DNA of 64,000 nt from assembly GCA_017439235.1 (NCBI GenBank), contig JAFSJN010000005.1:3066-67065 (forward strand), written 5' to 3'. Source of the stretch: Paludibacteraceae bacterium. Its GTDB lineage: Bacteria > Bacteroidota > Bacteroidia > Bacteroidales > Paludibacteraceae. Made by a program: the position numbers and the translations under genes. The notes below the pieces were generated by a model. The model was not told the origin of the DNA. It was given only the letters and a program-made list of their open reading frames with translations, and ran no database searches. Each line of letters opens with the position of its first letter. Within the stretch, counting starts at the first letter, position 1. Of this stretch, positions 61,153 through 64,000 are shown piece by piece.

Positions 61153-62957
61153 TGGATTCATTTGTGTTTTTGGGTTTTGGAGCGGATGCATGGATTACCA
61201 TCATCACGGTATTTGTGATGTTCACCATCCTGCTGTTTACCAAACTGCGCTCGGATGTAGTCTTTCTGTGCGCTGTAGGCGTGTTATATGTCACCGGAGT
61301 ATTGGATACTAAAGAGACGCTGTCGGGTATCAGTCAGGCTTCGGTAGCGGTAGTCGGTGTGCTATTTGTGGTTATTGCCGGATTGATGCATACGGGCGTG
61401 CTTCAATGGATTGTGAAGCATTTGCTGGGCATTCCTAAGACGTATGCTAAAGCCGTGTTGCGACTGATGCTGCCTGTAGCAGGTCTGAGTTCATTCCTGA
61501 GCAATACGACCGTGGTGGCGCTATTCGTAAACATCGTTAAGATGTGGTCGAAGAAATTAGGAGTGTCGCCATCGAAACTGCTTATTCCGCTAAGTTATGC
61601 GTCCGGTATGGGTGGCGTATGTACGTTGATAGGAACACCACCGAACCTGATTATCAGTGGTCTATACGAAGAACATACGGGGCACGCGATGAATATATTG
61701 GCTACCACTATTCCGGGACTCTTCTGCCTGGCTATCGGTGTGCTGTCGATTATCGCCATGCGGCGATTGTTGCCGAATAGGAAGTCGCCTGAAGAGGCGT
61801 TTGAGAGTACGGGTGACTACACGGTGGAGATGTTGGTGCCGTCCGATAATTCGCATATCGGCATGAGTATAGGTGAGTTGGGATTGAATAAGGTGAACGG
61901 AGGCAGCCTGATTGAGTTGCGTCATTTTGATGACGAAAAGATATTATCTCCTGTGCCGGACGATGAGCCGCTGATGGGTGGTGACCGCCTCATCTATGCC
62001 GGTCAGATAGGGGAGTTGTTGGAGTTGGAGATGACGCACGGCTTGGTTAATGCCGACCATCCGGTGTTCCATTATGAAGATGCCCCGAAGAACCGGCATC
62101 ACCTGCGTACGGCGTATGTCCATTTTGGCAGTAGTCTGATCGGTACCACGATGGGAACGAACGGCTTTGAAAAAGAACATAACGTGACCCTGGTGGCCGT
62201 CAGTCGTAGAGGTAGCCGTATAGAACAATCGCCGCGAGAGGTAGTATTGAAGGCGGGTGATACATTGTTGATGGAAAGCGTGAATGCACTGACCACCGAC
62301 ACTCAATCGATGAGTCGCGATTTGCATTTCTTTGAATCGGAAGATATACCCAATATAGGATGGGGAACTGTGGTGTCCAGTTTGGTGATGATTAGTATGG
62401 TCGCCTTGTCGGCATTAGGAGTGATGCCGCTACTACAATGTGCTATATTGGCTGTTTTTGCGATGCTTATCTTCCGTTGTTGCACCCCCGAACAGGCTAT
62501 GCGGTCGGTCAACTGGGATATACTGATGATCTTTGCCTGCAGCACCGTATTGGGTATTGCTATTCAGAAAACGGGTATAGCAGAGCGTATGGCGACCGGT
62601 ATATTGGACGTATGCGGTACGAATCCGATAGTAGTGATGACGGCTATCTGCTTTGCCGGAACGTTTATCACGGAGTTTATCTCGAATACGGCTGCCGGAG
62701 CGATGTTTTTCCCCATCATGTATGAGGCGGCAGAGAAATTAGGGTATGAGCCTTATCCGTTCTTGATAGCGCTGATGATAGCGGTAAGCAGCAGTTTTGC
62801 AACGCCTATCGGTTCGCCGACACACATGTTGGTATACGGTCCAGGCGGATATAGGTTCAGCGATTTCCTGAAGATAGGTCTGATAATGAACCTTATCATC
62901 TTGGCGGCGAATATTTTGATTGTCAATATCGTCTATCCGTTAACGCCCCTACCATGA
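61152..62957 (+). CDS. SLC13/DASS-family permease with two internal TrkA-C (RCK_C) domains
   Basis: 601 aa. Multi-TM N- and C-terminal halves flank a soluble duplicated segment (IGELGL...GDRLIYAG / ...GDTLLMES). Its ATG shares one base with the preceding TAA. Confidence 0.85.
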   Translation: MDSFVFLGFGADAWITIITVFVMFTILLFTKLRSDVVFLCAVGVLYVTGVLDTKETLSGISQASVAVVGVLFVVIAGLMHTGVLQWIVKHLLGIPKTYAKAVLRLMLPVAGLSSFLSNTTVVALFVNIVKMWSKKLGVSPSKLLIPLSYASGMGGVCTLIGTPPNLIISGLYEEHTGHAMNILATTIPGLFCLAIGVLSIIAMRRLLPNRKSPEEAFESTGDYTVEMLVPSDNSHIGMSIGELGLNKVNGGSLIELRHFDDEKILSPVPDDEPLMGGDRLIYAGQIGELLELEMTHGLVNADHPVFHYEDAPKNRHHLRTAYVHFGSSLIGTTMGTNGFEKEHNVTLVAVSRRGSRIEQSPREVVLKAGDTLLMESVNALTTDTQSMSRDLHFFESEDIPNIGWGTVVSSLVMISMVALSALGVMPLLQCAILAVFAMLIFRCCTPEQAMRSVNWDILMIFACSTVLGIAIQKTGIAERMATGILDVCGTNPIVVMTAICFAGTFITEFISNTAAGAMFFPIMYEAAEKLGYEPYPFLIALMIAVSSSFATPIGSPTHMLVYGPGGYRFSDFLKIGLIMNLIILAANILIVNIVYPLTPLP

Positions 62958-63604
62958 GCGGTCACTCGTCCATAATCGTTCCGGAAGGCTGTCATCAAGT
63001 GTTGCTGCATGCCTGTTGTGCGCCATGCTCGAGTGCGATAGTAGAATGGCTGTTGGCGCACGATATAGAGCCGGTCATATACTACTATAATCCGAATATC
63101 TATCCGCGTGAGGAGTACGAGATTCGCAAGCAGGAGAGTCAACGTCATGCTCAGAGTCTGGGAATCATGTGGATAGATGATGACGGGTTACGGGGTATGG
63201 GTTACGGGAAGGCCCACGAAGCTTGGCGCGAAGCGGTCTGCGGCCTCGAGAACGAACCCGAACGAGGCAGACGCTGCGAGACTTGTTTTTACTTCCGTTT
63301 ACTCGCTACGGCTCGCAAGGCACAGAAGTTAGACATCCCCTTCTTCGCCACCACGCTGGCCTCATCGCGGTGGAAAAACCTCGACCAAATCAACGCCGCG
63401 GGACGGAAAGCGCAGGAAGCGGTTAGGGATGACGGGTTACGGGTGACGGGTGACGGGACACCGATATTCTGGCCGCAGAACTGGCGCAAAGACGGACTGC
63501 AGGAACGGCGTAACGAGTTGCTTAGAACCTATCAATTCTACAATCAACAGTACTGCGGTTGCGAGTTTTCGTGCGCAAATAGCAGTGCGGGAATGAAAAA
63601 ATAA
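62954..63604 (+). CDS. queH: Epoxyqueuosine reductase QueH
   Basis: 216 aa. LLHACCAPCS and C-terminal CGCEFS cysteine motifs match the DUF208/QueH family. ATGA overlap with the permease gene. Confidence 0.88.
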   Translation: MSGHSSIIVPEGCHQVLLHACCAPCSSAIVEWLLAHDIEPVIYYYNPNIYPREEYEIRKQESQRHAQSLGIMWIDDDGLRGMGYGKAHEAWREAVCGLENEPERGRRCETCFYFRLLATARKAQKLDIPFFATTLASSRWKNLDQINAAGRKAQEAVRDDGLRVTGDGTPIFWPQNWRKDGLQERRNELLRTYQFYNQQYCGCEFSCANSSAGMKK

Positions 63605-63612
63605 CTGAAATA

Positions 63613-63644
63613 TTTGCATATTTCAAAAAAAAGCAGTACCTTTG
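63613..63644 (+). promoter_or_regulatory. Promoter for ssrA
   Basis: TTTG at 63613-63616 and TACCTTTG at 63637-63644, 20-nt spacer. About 26 nt (atatttgcatatttcaaaaaaaagcagtacctttg) are identical to the OmpA/LysM promoter at 26141-26175. Confidence 0.75.
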
Positions 63645-63666
63645 TCGTCGCTAACAAAAATACCTT

Positions 63667-64000
63667 GGGGATAATTGGTTTTGACAGCAGGTAGAATGGG
63701 TATGTAAGCACGCCGAGCATGGATAACGCTCGTAAATCGGGTCCAAACAATTAACTGGCAACTATGACTATGCTCTCGCTGCTTAATCGAAGTACAGTAG
63801 ATTAGCCTTATTTCGGCACCAGGTGCTGAATCGAGACATCGCTCCAAGCCGATCCTTGCGGCTGAATGGGTCAAGCGGTGCGGAAATAGCAGGGATAGTC
63901 AGCGCAGGCTGCGATGCGCTGATGAAGATGAAGCAGATAAGGTAACGGTTGGTGGCTTGGGTCTTGCCGTTGCTCGAAAACGAAGGCCAAGATAAGCGTG
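63667..64000 (+). ncRNA. ssrA: tmRNA (ssrA), 5' ~330 nt; the 3' end lies beyond the window
   Basis: The 5' end GGGGATAATTGGTTTTGACAGC matches the tmRNA acceptor/D-arm pattern GGGG...GGnTTnGAC. The tag reading frame is GGC AAC TAT GAC TAT GCT CTC GCT GCT TAA at 63757-63786, giving (A)GNYDYALAA. No T-arm or CCA end appears before position 64000. Confidence 0.88.

Noticed and set aside
1-64000. Scan for CRISPR arrays, IS elements or transposases, integrases, prophage genes, toxin-antitoxin pairs, restriction-modification or other defence systems, and rRNA
   Set aside because: None found. There are no spaced identical direct repeats. No ORF has transposase, integrase, nuclease-helicase or methyltransferase motifs. 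Every ORF over 100 aa outside the giant-gene region is assignable to a housekeeping or envelope function, or is antisense noise.

Overview
This 64-kb window looks like a Bacteroidales-type (Bacteroidota) chromosome segment. I ran no database searches. All calls come from reading the ORF track and the DNA, and family names rest on motifs I recognise.

Evidence for the lineage:
- About 20 intergenic regions carry the Bacteroidota sigma-A promoter architecture (TTTG, 19-20 nt spacer, TAnnTTTG).
- There are no Shine-Dalgarno sequences.
- SecD and SecF are fused into one gene.
- The tmRNA tag ends in YALAA.

The window is densely packed and mostly core genes:
- Trans-translation and central metabolism: smpB, gpmI, rpiB, pta-ackA.
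- DNA metabolism: parE, uvrB, mutL.
- Translation, secretion and proteolysis: typA, secDF, secG, clpP-clpX.
- Envelope and lipid genes: plsC, dacB, rfbB, acpP-fabF, asd.
- Others: a birA fusion, an aroA-like gene, queH.
- RNA genes: three tRNAs (two with CAU anticodons, one Asn) and the 5' two-thirds of ssrA (tmRNA) at the right edge.

I saw no CRISPR array, IS element, integrase, prophage or recognisable defence genes.

The one clearly non-housekeeping region is about 49.8-61.2 kb:
- A 10.2-kb single ORF encodes a ~3,390-aa secreted protein with very little nameable homology.
- Upstream of its promoter sit six ACGAG motifs spaced exactly 11 bp apart.
- The ORF is translationally coupled (ATGA overlap) to a 140-aa protein with a signal peptide and a PEP-CTERM-like C-terminal anchor.
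- It is packed without gaps against an SLC13 transporter gene and queH.

Other points worth a second look:
- An in-frame BirA-CotH fusion has an internal lipoprotein signal peptide.
- uvrB has no canonical start codon (only ATA is available), and its leader carries a perfect 10-bp palindrome.
- A strong orphan promoter fires toward tRNA-Asn.
- A promoter-less FG-GAP-like gene remnant lies next to that promoter.
- One transcript is probably leaderless.
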